Shown: piece by piece, positions 28,668 to 39,108 of the stretch
How the letters are laid out: the number at the start of each line of letters is the position of its first letter
Numbering within the stretch: the stretch's first letter is position 1
Origin: Candidatus Eiseniibacteriota bacterium
GTDB taxonomy: Bacteria; Eisenbacteria; RBG-16-71-46; CAZAMP01
NCBI GenBank assembly: GCA_965224245.1
Contig: OZ245046.1
Span: 2,656,001 to 2,720,000, forward strand
Direction: 5' to 3'
Length of the DNA stretch: 64,000 nt
Notes under the pieces: generated by a model
What the model was told of the DNA's origin: nothing
Database searches by the model: none
Seen by the model: only the letters and a program-made list of their open reading frames with translations
Program-made: the position numbers and the translations under genes

Positions 28668-29731
28668 TGCCGTTCATCCGCATCGATCCGGTCACCCGGA
28701 AACGGATCCAGCGATTTCGCCGGATCAGGCGAGGCTACTACTCGCTGATGGTGCTCATCGTGCTGACGGCGCTCTCGCTGCTGTCCAATTTCCTGTGCAA
28801 CAGCCGGGCCATCGCCGTCTACTACGAAGGCGAGCTCTACTTCCCCACGTTCAAGTTCTACGACATGGCCACGTTCGGCCAGGTCGACGATCTCGGGTTC
28901 GACGACGTCGAGGCCGACTATCGCGCGCTGCGGACGCAGATCGAGGAAGAGGGCAAGGGCTGGGTGCTGATGCCGCCCATCACGTTCGATCCCTACGAGT
29001 CGGACTTCGATTACTACGACGACCCGCCGCCCAACGCGCCGGACTCCCGGCACATCCTCGGCACCGACGGCCAGGGCCGCGACGTGTTCGCGCGAATCCT
29101 GTACGGGTTTCGGATCTCCATCACGTTCGCCGTGGTGCTGGTCGCGATCGGTCAGACGATCGGCACGATCATCGGCTCGTTGCTGGGCTTCCTGGGCGGA
29201 TGGTTCGACAGTATCTCCCAGCGTCTGATCGAGATCTGGGGATCGCTGCCGTTCCTGTACGTCGTGATCATCCTGGGCACGTTCCTGGGACGATCGTTCC
29301 TGGTGCTGATCCTGATCCTGGCCATGTTCCAGTGGATCAGCATGACCTACTACATGCGAACGGAGATGTACCGGGAGAAGTCGCGCGAGTATTGCCTCGC
29401 GGCGCGCTCGTTCGGTGCCTCGAGACGGCGCATGATCTTCCGGCACTTGCTGCCGAACTGCATCACGCCGCTGGTCACGTTCACGCCGTTCGCCGTCATC
29501 GGCGCCATCAGCGCGCTCACGTCCCTGGACTACCTGGGATTCGGGCTGCCGGCACCCACCCCCAGCTGGGGCGAGCTGATCCGACAGGCGCTGCAAACCG
29601 ACAATCGCGACGCGCTCTGGCTGAGCCTCTCGCCGCTGTTCGCGATCTCGATCACGCTGATTCTCGTGAACCTGATCGGTGAGTCGGTGCGCGAGGCATT
29701 CGATCCGAAACAGTACGCCCGCTATCGCTGA
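28667..29731 (+). CDS. Peptide ABC transporter permease (YejE/OppC-like)
   Basis: RFRR..RGY.S, LGTD..GRD..AR..YGFRIS, H.LPN, LDYLG.GLP...PSWG and R.AFDP. Confidence 0.92.
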   Translation: MPFIRIDPVTRKRIQRFRRIRRGYYSLMVLIVLTALSLLSNFLCNSRAIAVYYEGELYFPTFKFYDMATFGQVDDLGFDDVEADYRALRTQIEEEGKGWVLMPPITFDPYESDFDYYDDPPPNAPDSRHILGTDGQGRDVFARILYGFRISITFAVVLVAIGQTIGTIIGSLLGFLGGWFDSISQRLIEIWGSLPFLYVVIILGTFLGRSFLVLILILAMFQWISMTYYMRTEMYREKSREYCLAARSFGASRRRMIFRHLLPNCITPLVTFTPFAVIGAISALTSLDYLGFGLPAPTPSWGELIRQALQTDNRDALWLSLSPLFAISITLILVNLIGESVREAFDPKQYARYR

Positions 29732-29805
29732 GGCACGTCCGGCGAGACCGAGCGACGGAAGTCGCCCACCTCGAGCGGGGCGGGGCGTCAAAAGGGAGCA
29801 GAGAC

Positions 29806-31647
29806 ATGAACCGACAGTCGCATCCGGGACGCCACCTTCTTCACCGGCTCGCGCCACTGCTCGCGGCCGTGCCGATCCTCGCATCCGGCGCCCGGGCCCA
29901 GGATGGGATCGTCTGGGAGACCAATGACGCCTCGCCCATGATCGGCTCGCCCGAGGCGCAGCGCGGCGGCACGCTCCACACGTACGTGCAGGGCTACCCG
30001 TTGACGTTCCGTCTGATGGGCCCCAACTCGAACGACGGCTTCTCGGGATGGAAGCGCGCGTTCTCGATGGACCTCCCGCTGGTGAACCGCCATCCGCAGA
30101 CGGACGAGTTCATTCCCTGTCTGGCCACCCACTGGTCGGTCCAGCCGGACAACAAGACCGTCTACTACAAGCTCGACCCGGACGCGCGCTGGAGCGACGG
30201 CGAGCCCATCACCGCCGACGACTACGTGTTCACGCTCGAGATGATGGGCTCGGAGCACATCCTCGACCCGTACTACAACAACCGCGCGGCCGAGTACTAC
30301 GAGTCGGTCGAGAAGATCGACCCCTACACGATCAAGATCGTGGGCCAGTTCGAGAGCTGGCGCACGATCTCGGAGTTCGGCCTGTGGCCGATGCCCAAGC
30401 ACGCCATCACGCTCGACGAGAACTGGATCAAGGACTACAACAACAAGTTCCCGGTGGTCGCGGGTCCGTACGTCATCACCCACGCCGAGGCCGGCCGTTA
30501 CGTGGCCTTCTCGCGACTGGACGACTGGTGGGGCGACGACAAGAAGTACTTCGAGGGCCTCTACAACGTGGACGAGATCGTGGTCCATGCGATTCGCGAG
30601 ACCGACCGCGCGTTCGACTTCTTCAAGACCGGCGAGCTGAGCTTCTACCTGGTCAACACGGCCAAGATCTGGGCCGAGGAGATGCGGTTCGAGGCCGTCC
30701 GGAACGGCTGGGCCCACCGCAAGCGCGTGTTCGTCGACTTCCCCAGCGGCATGTACGGGTTCGCGATGAACCTGAACCGACCGGTCTTCCAGAACAAGGA
30801 CTTCCGCAAGGGGCTCTTCTACGCGTTCGACTTCGACGAGATCAACGAGAACCTGATGTACAACGCGTACTATCGGAAGAACTCGGTGTTCGCGGGCACC
30901 CGGTACGGCGATCCGGAGCTTCCGATGCCCCGCTTCGACCCCAAGCTCGCGCGTGAGCACTTCGCGGCGGCCGGGTTCCGCAAGCGCGGCTCCGACGGCA
31001 TCCTCGTCGACGATGCGGGCACCCGCGCCAGCTTCACGCTCACCTACGGGTCGCCGGGCCTCGAGCGGCACATGACGGTCGCCAAGCAGAAGTTCAAGCG
31101 CCAGGGCATCGAGATGAACCTCGATCTGCTCGATCCGGCTACCGCGTTCGAGCGCGGGCTCGAGAAGTCGTTCGAGATGACGATCATCAGCCGCACGTCG
31201 GGGCTCTATCCGGCGCCGCATCAGTACTTCTCGTCCGAGTTCGCGAAAAAGCTCCAGAACAACAACATCTTCGCATTCGGCACCGCGTACACCGACTCGT
31301 TGATCGACATCTACCGCTTCAATCTCGACGTCGACGCCCGCGTGCAGGCCATGCACGAGCTGGATCGCACGATCCGCGACGAGTCGTTCTACATCCCGTT
31401 CTGGGACGGTCCGTACAAGCGGTTCGTGTACTGGGACTACGTGAAGTGGCCGGAGTGGTACCTGCCACGCCGCACCGAGCAGCTCTCGGACTGGCACGTG
31501 TTCTGGATCGACACCCAGCGCGAGGCCCAGCTCGAGGATGCCATGGCCAAGGGTGAGGCGTGGACCGAGGACACCGAGGTGGACGTCGATCCCTACGGCA
31601 TCAAGGCGCGCCTGGAGCAGGGCGTCGTGGTCGACAGCGGACTCTAG
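29806..31647 (+). CDS. Peptide ABC transporter substrate-binding protein, family 5 (YejA-like)
   Basis: Signal peptide, A.RGG, LA..W, ARWSDG.PITADD, GPY and FDF..IN. Confidence 0.9.
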   Translation: MNRQSHPGRHLLHRLAPLLAAVPILASGARAQDGIVWETNDASPMIGSPEAQRGGTLHTYVQGYPLTFRLMGPNSNDGFSGWKRAFSMDLPLVNRHPQTDEFIPCLATHWSVQPDNKTVYYKLDPDARWSDGEPITADDYVFTLEMMGSEHILDPYYNNRAAEYYESVEKIDPYTIKIVGQFESWRTISEFGLWPMPKHAITLDENWIKDYNNKFPVVAGPYVITHAEAGRYVAFSRLDDWWGDDKKYFEGLYNVDEIVVHAIRETDRAFDFFKTGELSFYLVNTAKIWAEEMRFEAVRNGWAHRKRVFVDFPSGMYGFAMNLNRPVFQNKDFRKGLFYAFDFDEINENLMYNAYYRKNSVFAGTRYGDPELPMPRFDPKLAREHFAAAGFRKRGSDGILVDDAGTRASFTLTYGSPGLERHMTVAKQKFKRQGIEMNLDLLDPATAFERGLEKSFEMTIISRTSGLYPAPHQYFSSEFAKKLQNNNIFAFGTAYTDSLIDIYRFNLDVDARVQAMHELDRTIRDESFYIPFWDGPYKRFVYWDYVKWPEWYLPRRTEQLSDWHVFWIDTQREAQLEDAMAKGEAWTEDTEVDVDPYGIKARLEQGVVVDSGL

Positions 31648-31661
31648 AGAGGGCGTCCCGG

Positions 31662-32639
31662 GTGTCACTTCTCGAGGTCATCGACCTGCAGACGGTGTTC
31701 GACACCGAGGCGGGTGTGGTCAAGGCCGTGGACGGCGTGTCGTTTGGCGTCGAGCCCGGCAAGATCCTGGGCATCGTCGGCGAGTCCGGGTGCGGCAAGA
31801 GCGTCACGTCCATGTCGATCATGCGACTGGTGCCGTGCCCGCCCGGACGAATCGCCGGCGGCCGGGTCCTCTGGAAGGGCACCGATATCCTCCAGATGGA
31901 TCCCGACAAGCTGCCGGACATCCGCGGCAAAGAGATCGCGATGATCTTCCAGGATCCGATGACGTCGCTGAACCCGGTGTTCACGGTCGAGAAGCAGATC
32001 CTCGAGGTCCTCGAGAAGCGCTTCGACCTGATCGGCGACGCCGCCAGGAAGCGCGCCGTGGAGTCGCTGGAGATGGTCGGCATCTCCGACCCCGCGTCCC
32101 GGATCACGGCCTACCCGCACGAGCTGTCGGGCGGCATGAAGCAGCGCATCATGATCGCGATGGCGCTCATGTGTGAGCCCGATCTCCTCATCGCCGACGA
32201 GCCGACCACGGCCCTCGACGTGACCGTCCAGGCCCAGATCCTCCGGCTGATGAAGGACCTCCAGGCCAAGATGGGCACCGCGATCATCCTCATCACCCAC
32301 GACATGGGCGTCGTGGCCGAGACGTGCGACGACGTCGTGGTCATGTACGCGGGCAAGGTGGTCGAGCGGGCATCGATCTACGATCTCTTCGAGAGGACGC
32401 GGCACCCGTACTCGCGCGGGCTCCTCGACAGCATCCCGCGTCCCGAGGTCACCAAGGAGTCGACGCTGGAGACCATCGAGGGCGTCGTGCCCTCGCTGAT
32501 CTCGCCGCCGGTGGGCTGCCGGTTCGCCGATCGGTGCTTCAAGGCGGAGCGGCGCTGCGTCGAGGAGGAGCCCCCCCTGCGCCAGGCGGCGCCCCATCAC
32601 GACGTGGCCTGCCACTTCCCGCTGGGAGGCTCGTCATGA
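31662..32639 (+). CDS. Oligopeptide ABC transporter ATP-binding protein (OppD/DppD-like)
   Basis: GESGCGKS, LSGGM, DEPTTALD, HPY and C-terminal GCRF..RC...C. Confidence 0.95.
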   Translation: MSLLEVIDLQTVFDTEAGVVKAVDGVSFGVEPGKILGIVGESGCGKSVTSMSIMRLVPCPPGRIAGGRVLWKGTDILQMDPDKLPDIRGKEIAMIFQDPMTSLNPVFTVEKQILEVLEKRFDLIGDAARKRAVESLEMVGISDPASRITAYPHELSGGMKQRIMIAMALMCEPDLLIADEPTTALDVTVQAQILRLMKDLQAKMGTAIILITHDMGVVAETCDDVVVMYAGKVVERASIYDLFERTRHPYSRGLLDSIPRPEVTKESTLETIEGVVPSLISPPVGCRFADRCFKAERRCVEEEPPLRQAAPHHDVACHFPLGGSS

Positions 32640-33619
32640 CGCGCCTCCTGAACGTTCAGAGCCTGAAGAAGTACTTCCCGCTACGTGGGGGGCTCTTCTC
32701 GAAGCACATCGGGGACGTGAAGGCGGTCAACGACGTCACGTTTCACGTGAACGCCGGCGAGACCGTCGGCCTCGTGGGCGAGAGCGGCTGTGGAAAGTCC
32801 ACCCTGGGACGCACGATCATGCGTCTCGAGGAGCCCACCGCCGGCCACGTGCAGTTCGAGGACGTCGACATCATGACCGCGGGCAAGAAGAAGCTCTTCA
32901 AGCTCCGGCGCGACATCTCGATGATCTTCCAGGACCCGTACTCGTCGTTGAACCCGCGCATGACGGTGGGTGAGATCGTCCGGGAGCCCCTCGACATCCA
33001 CAAGGTCGGGACGCGGGCCGAGCGCGACGCCAAGGTGGAGGAGCTCCTGATCGCCGTGGGTCTCAAGCCCGAGATGGTGGACCGGTATCCGCACGAGTTC
33101 TCCGGGGGACAGCGCCAGCGCATCGGCATCGCGCGCACGATGGCGCTCGGCCCGAAGCTGGTGATCGCCGACGAGCCCGTGTCCGCGCTCGACGTGTCCG
33201 TGCAGGCTCAGGTGATCAACCTGATGGTGGAGCTCCAGCGGCGCCTCAACCTGACGTACATCTTCATCTCGCACGATCTGTCGGTGGTCGAGTACATCTC
33301 CGATCGCATCGCGATCATGTATCTGGGCCGCATCGTGGAGATGGGCGACAAGGCGACGATCTTCGCCAAGCCGGCGCACCCGTACACCCGGGCGCTCATC
33401 TCGGCGGTGCCGAGGCCGGATCCGCGCGCGCGGACCGAGCCGCAGCTCATCAAGGGAGAGATCCCGAGCGCGGTGAACCCGCCGGCGGGTTGCGCATTTC
33501 ACCCCCGATGCCCGTTCGCGATCGAGGAGTGCAAGAAGGCGGTGCCGCCGCTGGAGCGCGTGGGCGGCTCGTCGGACTCGGCCCACGTGGCGGCCTGCAT
33601 CCGCAAGGATGCGATCTAG
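32636..33619 (+). CDS. Oligopeptide ABC transporter ATP-binding protein (OppF/DppF-like)
   Basis: GESGCGKS, FSGGQRQR, DEPVSALD, HPYT and GCAFHPRCP. Confidence 0.95.
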   Translation: MTRLLNVQSLKKYFPLRGGLFSKHIGDVKAVNDVTFHVNAGETVGLVGESGCGKSTLGRTIMRLEEPTAGHVQFEDVDIMTAGKKKLFKLRRDISMIFQDPYSSLNPRMTVGEIVREPLDIHKVGTRAERDAKVEELLIAVGLKPEMVDRYPHEFSGGQRQRIGIARTMALGPKLVIADEPVSALDVSVQAQVINLMVELQRRLNLTYIFISHDLSVVEYISDRIAIMYLGRIVEMGDKATIFAKPAHPYTRALISAVPRPDPRARTEPQLIKGEIPSAVNPPAGCAFHPRCPFAIEECKKAVPPLERVGGSSDSAHVAACIRKDAI

Positions 33620-33694
33620 CCGCTGCACGGGATTCTGCCGGCGGACGCATCCGAGCGCACCCCGAGGGCCGGCCGGGCCGCGCGCCGAGCTCCC

Positions 33695-34846
33695 CTACTG
33701 GACCCGGAGCCTGGCCAGTACCGCGTTGGCGATGGCGGCCGCGCCGCCGGACTCGTCGCCGGTCCGGGAGACGCGGTTCGAGAGCACGATGACGCTGACC
33801 TCCTCGAACAGATCCCGAACGTGCTGGGCGCCGGGGGTCGGCGCGTGTGAGGCCAGGGACCCGGTTCGCCACCAGCCCGAGGCGACGGCGACGTAGTCGT
33901 CGTCGTCGCGGACGACGTGGAGTCCCTCGAAGAGCCCGTCGACCACTCGCGCGGGCAGCACGTTGCGCTCGACCAGCTCGCGCTCCCAGCGCACGAGGTC
34001 CGCCAGCGTCGACACGAGCCCCCCATGCGACGGCAGGCCCATCCCCCGGGCTCGCGGCGCGTTCACGAACGCGGTGCCGTTCCAGTGGTAGGTCTGCACG
34101 CGCCCCGGAACGATCCGCTCGGGGTCGCCGACCGTCGTCTCGTGCAGGCGAAGGGGCTCGAGGATCCGCTGGCCGAGCACGTCCGCGAAGGCGCGTCCCG
34201 TCACGCGCTCGATCACGACACCCAGAAGGAGGTAGCCGATCTCGCTGTACACCACCCGCTCGCCGGGCACACCGACCCGAGGCGTTCGGCGGGCCTCCTC
34301 GAGCAGCCGCTCGACCGGCACCGTGCCCGAGCCGGAGACGCCGCTCGTCGTCTCGAGTCGGGCGGCCAGGCCCGAGGTGTGCGACAGGAGGTCGGCGATC
34401 GTGATCCCTCGCCACGCGTCCGGCGGGTCGTCCACGTAGGTCACCAGCTCGTCCGAGAGCCGGAGCGCGCCGTCCTCGACCAGAAGCTGGACGAGAGCGG
34501 CGGTGAAGGTGGTCGTCAGCGAACCGAGATCGAACACGCTGCGCTCGGTCACCGGCGCGTCCAGCTCGAGGCTCGCCAGACCGTACGTGCCGACGTAGCG
34601 CGGGATTCCGCGATGGCAGACGGCGACGGTCGCGCCCGGGACGTGCTCGCGCTGCATGCGCTCGCGCACGACGGCGTCGACCGTCTCGCCGTCGACGTCG
34701 TGGAGCCCCCACAGCACGACGTCCTCGGCGCACGCGCGCGCCGGCACGGATTCGAGGAGAGCTCCGACGGTGATGCCGACCAGGACGACCCGGACCGCCC
34801 GGGGAGCGGCCACGACGGGTCGACGTCGCGCGTCTCGCACGGTCAC
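33695..34846 (-). CDS. Serine hydrolase (class C beta-lactamase-like) fold protein with degenerate catalytic motifs
   Basis: F.LGSLTT (SxxK position), ITI..LLSHTSGL, PG....YSEIGY.LLG..IE.VTG and GGL.ST..DL.R. Confidence 0.8.
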   Translation of the reverse strand: MTVRDARRRPVVAAPRAVRVVLVGITVGALLESVPARACAEDVVLWGLHDVDGETVDAVVRERMQREHVPGATVAVCHRGIPRYVGTYGLASLELDAPVTERSVFDLGSLTTTFTAALVQLLVEDGALRLSDELVTYVDDPPDAWRGITIADLLSHTSGLAARLETTSGVSGSGTVPVERLLEEARRTPRVGVPGERVVYSEIGYLLLGVVIERVTGRAFADVLGQRILEPLRLHETTVGDPERIVPGRVQTYHWNGTAFVNAPRARGMGLPSHGGLVSTLADLVRWERELVERNVLPARVVDGLFEGLHVVRDDDDYVAVASGWWRTGSLASHAPTPGAQHVRDLFEEVSVIVLSNRVSRTGDESGGAAAIANAVLARLRVQ

Positions 34847-34853
34847 CGCGACG

Positions 34854-36071
34854 TCACCCGGCGTAGATCTGCACGTCGATCCCGAACCGGTCGGCCAGCT
34901 CGTGACAGATCGCGAGATCCGGGTGCCGGAGAACGAGCGACCCGTCCGACAGGAGCGTCTGCTTCCAGTTGCGCCGCGGGGCCCCGATCGGCAGCAGATC
35001 CACCGACACCACGTGCTCGCCGAATCGCTGGAGGTACCCCTCGAGCCCCTCGATGCGCTGGATGCGTCCTTGACCCTGCGCACGCTTGAAGATCACCGCC
35101 GAGTTGTACTTGCGCTCGAGCGACTGCGAGATGCGACCGTGACAGACCGCCTCGGCCCAGCCCACGAAGAGGTCGGCGTCGGACGTGTAGTTCATCACGT
35201 CCACGCTGCGGGCACCCGGCGGCCGGCCGCCGATCTCGCCGAACACGGCCTCGCCGTCCGCGGTCAGGAACCACTCCATGTGCGTGAACCCGGCCTCGAA
35301 CTCGAGCGCCTGCAGGACGCGTCGCCCCATCTCGATCCCCGGCCGGATGGTCGGATCGTCCAGATCCCGGCGGCAGATCGTCTGCGGGCTGATCCACTCG
35401 CACGTGCGGCCGATCAGCGGTGGAGGACGGTAGTTCGACACGTTCTCGTACAGCGGCCGGCCGTTCGCACAGACCGTGTCGTAGGTGTACTCGTCGCCGG
35501 TGATGAACTCCTCGACGTTCAGCTCGGGCACGTGCCGGACGAGCGGGATCACGCGCTCGAGGTCCCCCGCGTTCTCGATCTTGTACGTGTCGGCGGAGCC
35601 CGCGCCGGCGATCGGCTTGACGATCAGCGGATAGCCGATCTCCTCGGCGGCGCTCCGGAGCGCGTCGATCGTTCCCACGCGCGCGTGGCGGGGCGTCCGG
35701 ATGCCGGCGGCGTCGAGCACCTCTTTCATCAGGATCTTGTCCCGGAACGGCAACGCCGCGCGCTCGCTCATGCCCGGCACGCCGAGCGCGTCGCGCAGCG
35801 CTCCCGCGAGCGACACACCGGGCTCCCACAGACACTCGATCCGATCGATGCGCACGCGCCGGGCCAGCCCCCGCACGGTCGCCACCATCTCCGGCTCGTC
35901 CCACAGGGACGGCACGTGCACGTAGTCGGCGAGCACCTCGCCCATCTCCGGGGGCAGCATGGCTCCCGGCGTGTCGCCGATACCGATCACGTTGGCACCG
36001 ACCGCGGCCAGCCCGCGGGTGAAGAAGCGCATCTCGTTCGGATAGGCCGGCGACAGCATCAAGACGTTCAT
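34854..36071 (-). CDS. ATP-grasp ligase (L-amino-acid ligase/carboxylate-amine ligase-like), copy 1
   Basis: FRDK..MK, IGYPLIVKP..GAGS, VEEFI.G.E, THMEWF and EIG.RPPG. Confidence 0.9.
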   Translation of the reverse strand: MNVLMLSPAYPNEMRFFTRGLAAVGANVIGIGDTPGAMLPPEMGEVLADYVHVPSLWDEPEMVATVRGLARRVRIDRIECLWEPGVSLAGALRDALGVPGMSERAALPFRDKILMKEVLDAAGIRTPRHARVGTIDALRSAAEEIGYPLIVKPIAGAGSADTYKIENAGDLERVIPLVRHVPELNVEEFITGDEYTYDTVCANGRPLYENVSNYRPPPLIGRTCEWISPQTICRRDLDDPTIRPGIEMGRRVLQALEFEAGFTHMEWFLTADGEAVFGEIGGRPPGARSVDVMNYTSDADLFVGWAEAVCHGRISQSLERKYNSAVIFKRAQGQGRIQRIEGLEGYLQRFGEHVVSVDLLPIGAPRRNWKQTLLSDGSLVLRHPDLAICHELADRFGIDVQIYAG

Positions 36072-36120
36072 CGATCCTCCGACCGGCGGCTCGCGTCCGG
36101 GGTCCGCGCATGGTCCCGCA

Positions 36121-37341
36121 TCAGCCGACCTCGACCTGGATGACCTCGAGCACGCGTCTGGCCGCCGCCTCCACGACGGCGGTCTCCGCGTGCCGGAGGA
36201 TCACGTAGCCGTCGCCTTCGTAGTGATCCGAGCGGGCCTGCCCCGGACGCGGCAGCTTCGCCTCGACGACGACGTCTCCCACGTCGCGACCGGCCACGTC
36301 CAGCCCGTGGATGCCGGTCACCCGGCCCCGTCCCTGGCCCCGGAGGAAGACGCACGCGACCGCGAACTCGCGCGCCGGCGGCTCGAAGCGATCGTGCACC
36401 ATGAGCCGCGCCCACGCGCGGTACATGTCGAGGTCGTGCGCATAGGACATCAGCGTCGTGAACTGCGCGCCCGGCGGACGCGCCGCCACCTCGGAGATGG
36501 CCACGCTCCCGTCGCGCCGGCGGAACCACTCCATGTGGGTGAGCCCCGTACCCATGCCGAGCGCCTCCAGCGCCTGCGTTCCCGCGGCGCGGATGCCGTC
36601 GAACTCGGGGCCGGACACGTCACGCGGCAGAACCACGCACCACTGGATCCACGGGTTCTCGAGCACGGCCAGAGGGCTCGGGTAGTACCGACTGATCGAG
36701 TGCCAGACCGCCCGCCCCTGGATCGACACGGAATCGAACGAGTGCTCGTCGCCGACGACGAACTCCTCGAACAGCGTGGGGACGCGCGGCGTCGGCGCGA
36801 AGCGGGCGAGGTAGTCCGCGAACGCGCGCTCGTCCTCCAGCCGATGCGTGCCACGAGCGCCCGATCCCTCGGGCGGCTTCACGACGACCGGATAGCCCAC
36901 CTCTTCCACGAAGTCGACGGCCTCTCGCGCGGTGGCGGCCAGCCGGGACCGCGCGCACGGAAGACCCGACTCGCGGAGCACGCCCTTCATGCGTGATTTG
37001 TCCCGGAAGTTCCGGGCCGCCTCGACGTCCATGCCCGGGATGTCGAAGCGCTCGCGGACCTCGGCCAGCGGAACCTGGAGCTCTTCCAGCGCGCCGAACA
37101 GGCGATGGACGCGACCGAGGTGCTCGCAGATCTCCGAGATCGTCTGGACGAGCGACCGCGGATCGAGCCCGTCATCCACGCGCACGTGGGCCGCGATCGG
37201 GCCGCGCACGTCGGGGGGAAGCTTCTCGATCGGATCCTGACTGACCAGGACGAGCCGGACATCCGGCTCCGTGGCGACCGCCTTCACGAACCGGAGCGTC
37301 GTGGTCATGAAGAAGGGCGCGACGAACACGACGTTGAGCAT
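36121..37341 (-). CDS. ATP-grasp ligase, copy 2
   Basis: FRDK..MK, VGYPVVVKPP.G.G, EEFV.G.E, THMEWF and EVAARPPG. Confidence 0.9.
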   Translation of the reverse strand: MLNVVFVAPFFMTTTLRFVKAVATEPDVRLVLVSQDPIEKLPPDVRGPIAAHVRVDDGLDPRSLVQTISEICEHLGRVHRLFGALEELQVPLAEVRERFDIPGMDVEAARNFRDKSRMKGVLRESGLPCARSRLAATAREAVDFVEEVGYPVVVKPPEGSGARGTHRLEDERAFADYLARFAPTPRVPTLFEEFVVGDEHSFDSVSIQGRAVWHSISRYYPSPLAVLENPWIQWCVVLPRDVSGPEFDGIRAAGTQALEALGMGTGLTHMEWFRRRDGSVAISEVAARPPGAQFTTLMSYAHDLDMYRAWARLMVHDRFEPPAREFAVACVFLRGQGRGRVTGIHGLDVAGRDVGDVVVEAKLPRPGQARSDHYEGDGYVILRHAETAVVEAAARRVLEVIQVEVG

Positions 37342-37597
37342 GAACACCCTCGGGACGCGGATTCCACGGTGCCGGCGTGCGCGGGGGGCAGCCCGGCGGG
37401 GCGGCGGAAAGCGAGGAGTGTAGCCGCCGTGCCCGGGCGTCGTCTCGGGTATTCTGGGCGGGCCGGCGTGGAGGGCGGGCGCTTGGAGCCCGGGGATCGC
37501 GGTGGTACGCTCCTCGGCCTCGCGGAGTCCGCCGGCGCCGGAAGCTCCGGCCTACCTGGGCGACGCGCGCCATCCAACGACCACCGGGGATCGTCTC

Positions 37598-39067
37598 ATG
37601 ACGCGGCTGAACGTCGCCTTCGCTTCCGCCGAGGTCACGCCGTTCGCCAAGACCGGCGGCCTCGGAGACGTGACCGCGGCCCTCGCGCGTCACCTCACCC
37701 GGGCGGGTCACGACGTCCGCGTGTTCCTTCCCCTGTACCAGACGACCGACACGGGCTCGGTCGAGCTCGTTCCGGTCGACTTCGCCCAGAACGTCACGAT
37801 CCACTTGGGGCCACGGGCGGTCGAGTACTCGCTGTTCACGGCGCCGCTCGGCGACGACGGTCCGGACGCGTACTTCGTTCACTGCCCCGAGCTGTACGCG
37901 CGCGACGGCCTGTACACCAGCGGACCCGACGAGCACCTGCGGTTTCTCCTCCTCAATCGGGCGAGCATCGCCTCGTGCCAGCGCATGGGGTGGTCTCCGC
38001 ACGTGTTCCACTGTCACGACTGGCACGCGGCGCTGATCCCGCTGTATCTCCGGACCATCTACGCCTGGGACCAGCTGTTTCACCGGACGCGCACGCTCCT
38101 GACCATCCACAACCTCGGGTACCAGGGTGTGTTCGGGGCCGAGATCGCCGACCACATCGACCTCCGCGAGTTCACATACCGGCTCCATCAGGACGACCTC
38201 CGGGCGGGGCGCGTCAACTTCCTGAAGACGGGGATCATCTCGGTCGACGCGCTGACCACCGTCAGCCGCACGTACGCCCAGGAGATCCAGACCGAGGCGC
38301 AGGGGTTCGGCCTGCACGAGGAGCTGCGCCACAGGCGGTCCGACCTGATCGGGATCGTCAACGGGATCGACGACGACGTCTGGGATCCGTCGCGAGACCC
38401 GAGGATCCCGTTCCACTACGGCCCCGACGACCTGGGCGGCAAGGCCAGGAACAAGGCCCACCTCCTGTCCGAGCTCGGCCTCGAGCCCACCGAGGAAGCG
38501 CCGCTGTACGGCATCGTCTCGCGGCTTGTGCACCAGAAGGGCATCGATCTTCTCCAGGAGACCCTGCCGTCGTTCGTGGGGCGAAACGACGTGCGTATCG
38601 CCGTGCTCGGAAGCGGCGAGCCCGGATACGAGTCGTTCTTCATGGAGCTGCAGGCCGCGTTTCCCGGACGCGTGTGCTTCTACCGCGGCTTCAGCGCCAA
38701 GCTGGCCGCGATGATCGAGGCCGGGGCCGACATGTTCGTGATGCCGTCGCTGTACGAGCCGTGCGGGCTGAACCAGATGTACAGCCTCCGATACGGCACC
38801 ATCCCCATCGTCAGACGTACGGGCGGCCTCGCCGATACGGTCACCCTGTACCGCTCGCGCACCGGCGAGGGCACCGGCATCGTCTTCGATCACTACACGG
38901 CCGACGGGCTGTCCTGGGCGATGACCACCGGGCTCGACCTCCATCGTACGCCGCACTGGGAGCGGATCGTCCGGAACGCGATGGCAGAGGACTTCTCGTG
39001 GACCCGGCAGGGTCGGATCTACGAAGAGGTCTACGCACATCTCACGGGAATCGCACGCGACGGGTAG
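37598..39067 (+). CDS. glgA: Glycogen synthase
   Basis: E..PFAKTGGLGDV, HCHDWH, TIHNL.YQG, SRL..QKG, MPS.YEPCGL.Q and TGGLADTV. Confidence 0.95.
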   Translation: MTRLNVAFASAEVTPFAKTGGLGDVTAALARHLTRAGHDVRVFLPLYQTTDTGSVELVPVDFAQNVTIHLGPRAVEYSLFTAPLGDDGPDAYFVHCPELYARDGLYTSGPDEHLRFLLLNRASIASCQRMGWSPHVFHCHDWHAALIPLYLRTIYAWDQLFHRTRTLLTIHNLGYQGVFGAEIADHIDLREFTYRLHQDDLRAGRVNFLKTGIISVDALTTVSRTYAQEIQTEAQGFGLHEELRHRRSDLIGIVNGIDDDVWDPSRDPRIPFHYGPDDLGGKARNKAHLLSELGLEPTEEAPLYGIVSRLVHQKGIDLLQETLPSFVGRNDVRIAVLGSGEPGYESFFMELQAAFPGRVCFYRGFSAKLAAMIEAGADMFVMPSLYEPCGLNQMYSLRYGTIPIVRRTGGLADTVTLYRSRTGEGTGIVFDHYTADGLSWAMTTGLDLHRTPHWERIVRNAMAEDFSWTRQGRIYEEVYAHLTGIARDG

Positions 39068-39108
39068 AGGAGCCCACGTCACGGAGCCCAGGTAAAGGAG
39101 CCACGGTC

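Noticed and set aside
27615-33619. Peptide ABC transporter as part of the ATP-grasp system
   Set aside because: It is an ordinary YejABEF/Opp-like importer transcribed convergently, and adjacency is the only link.
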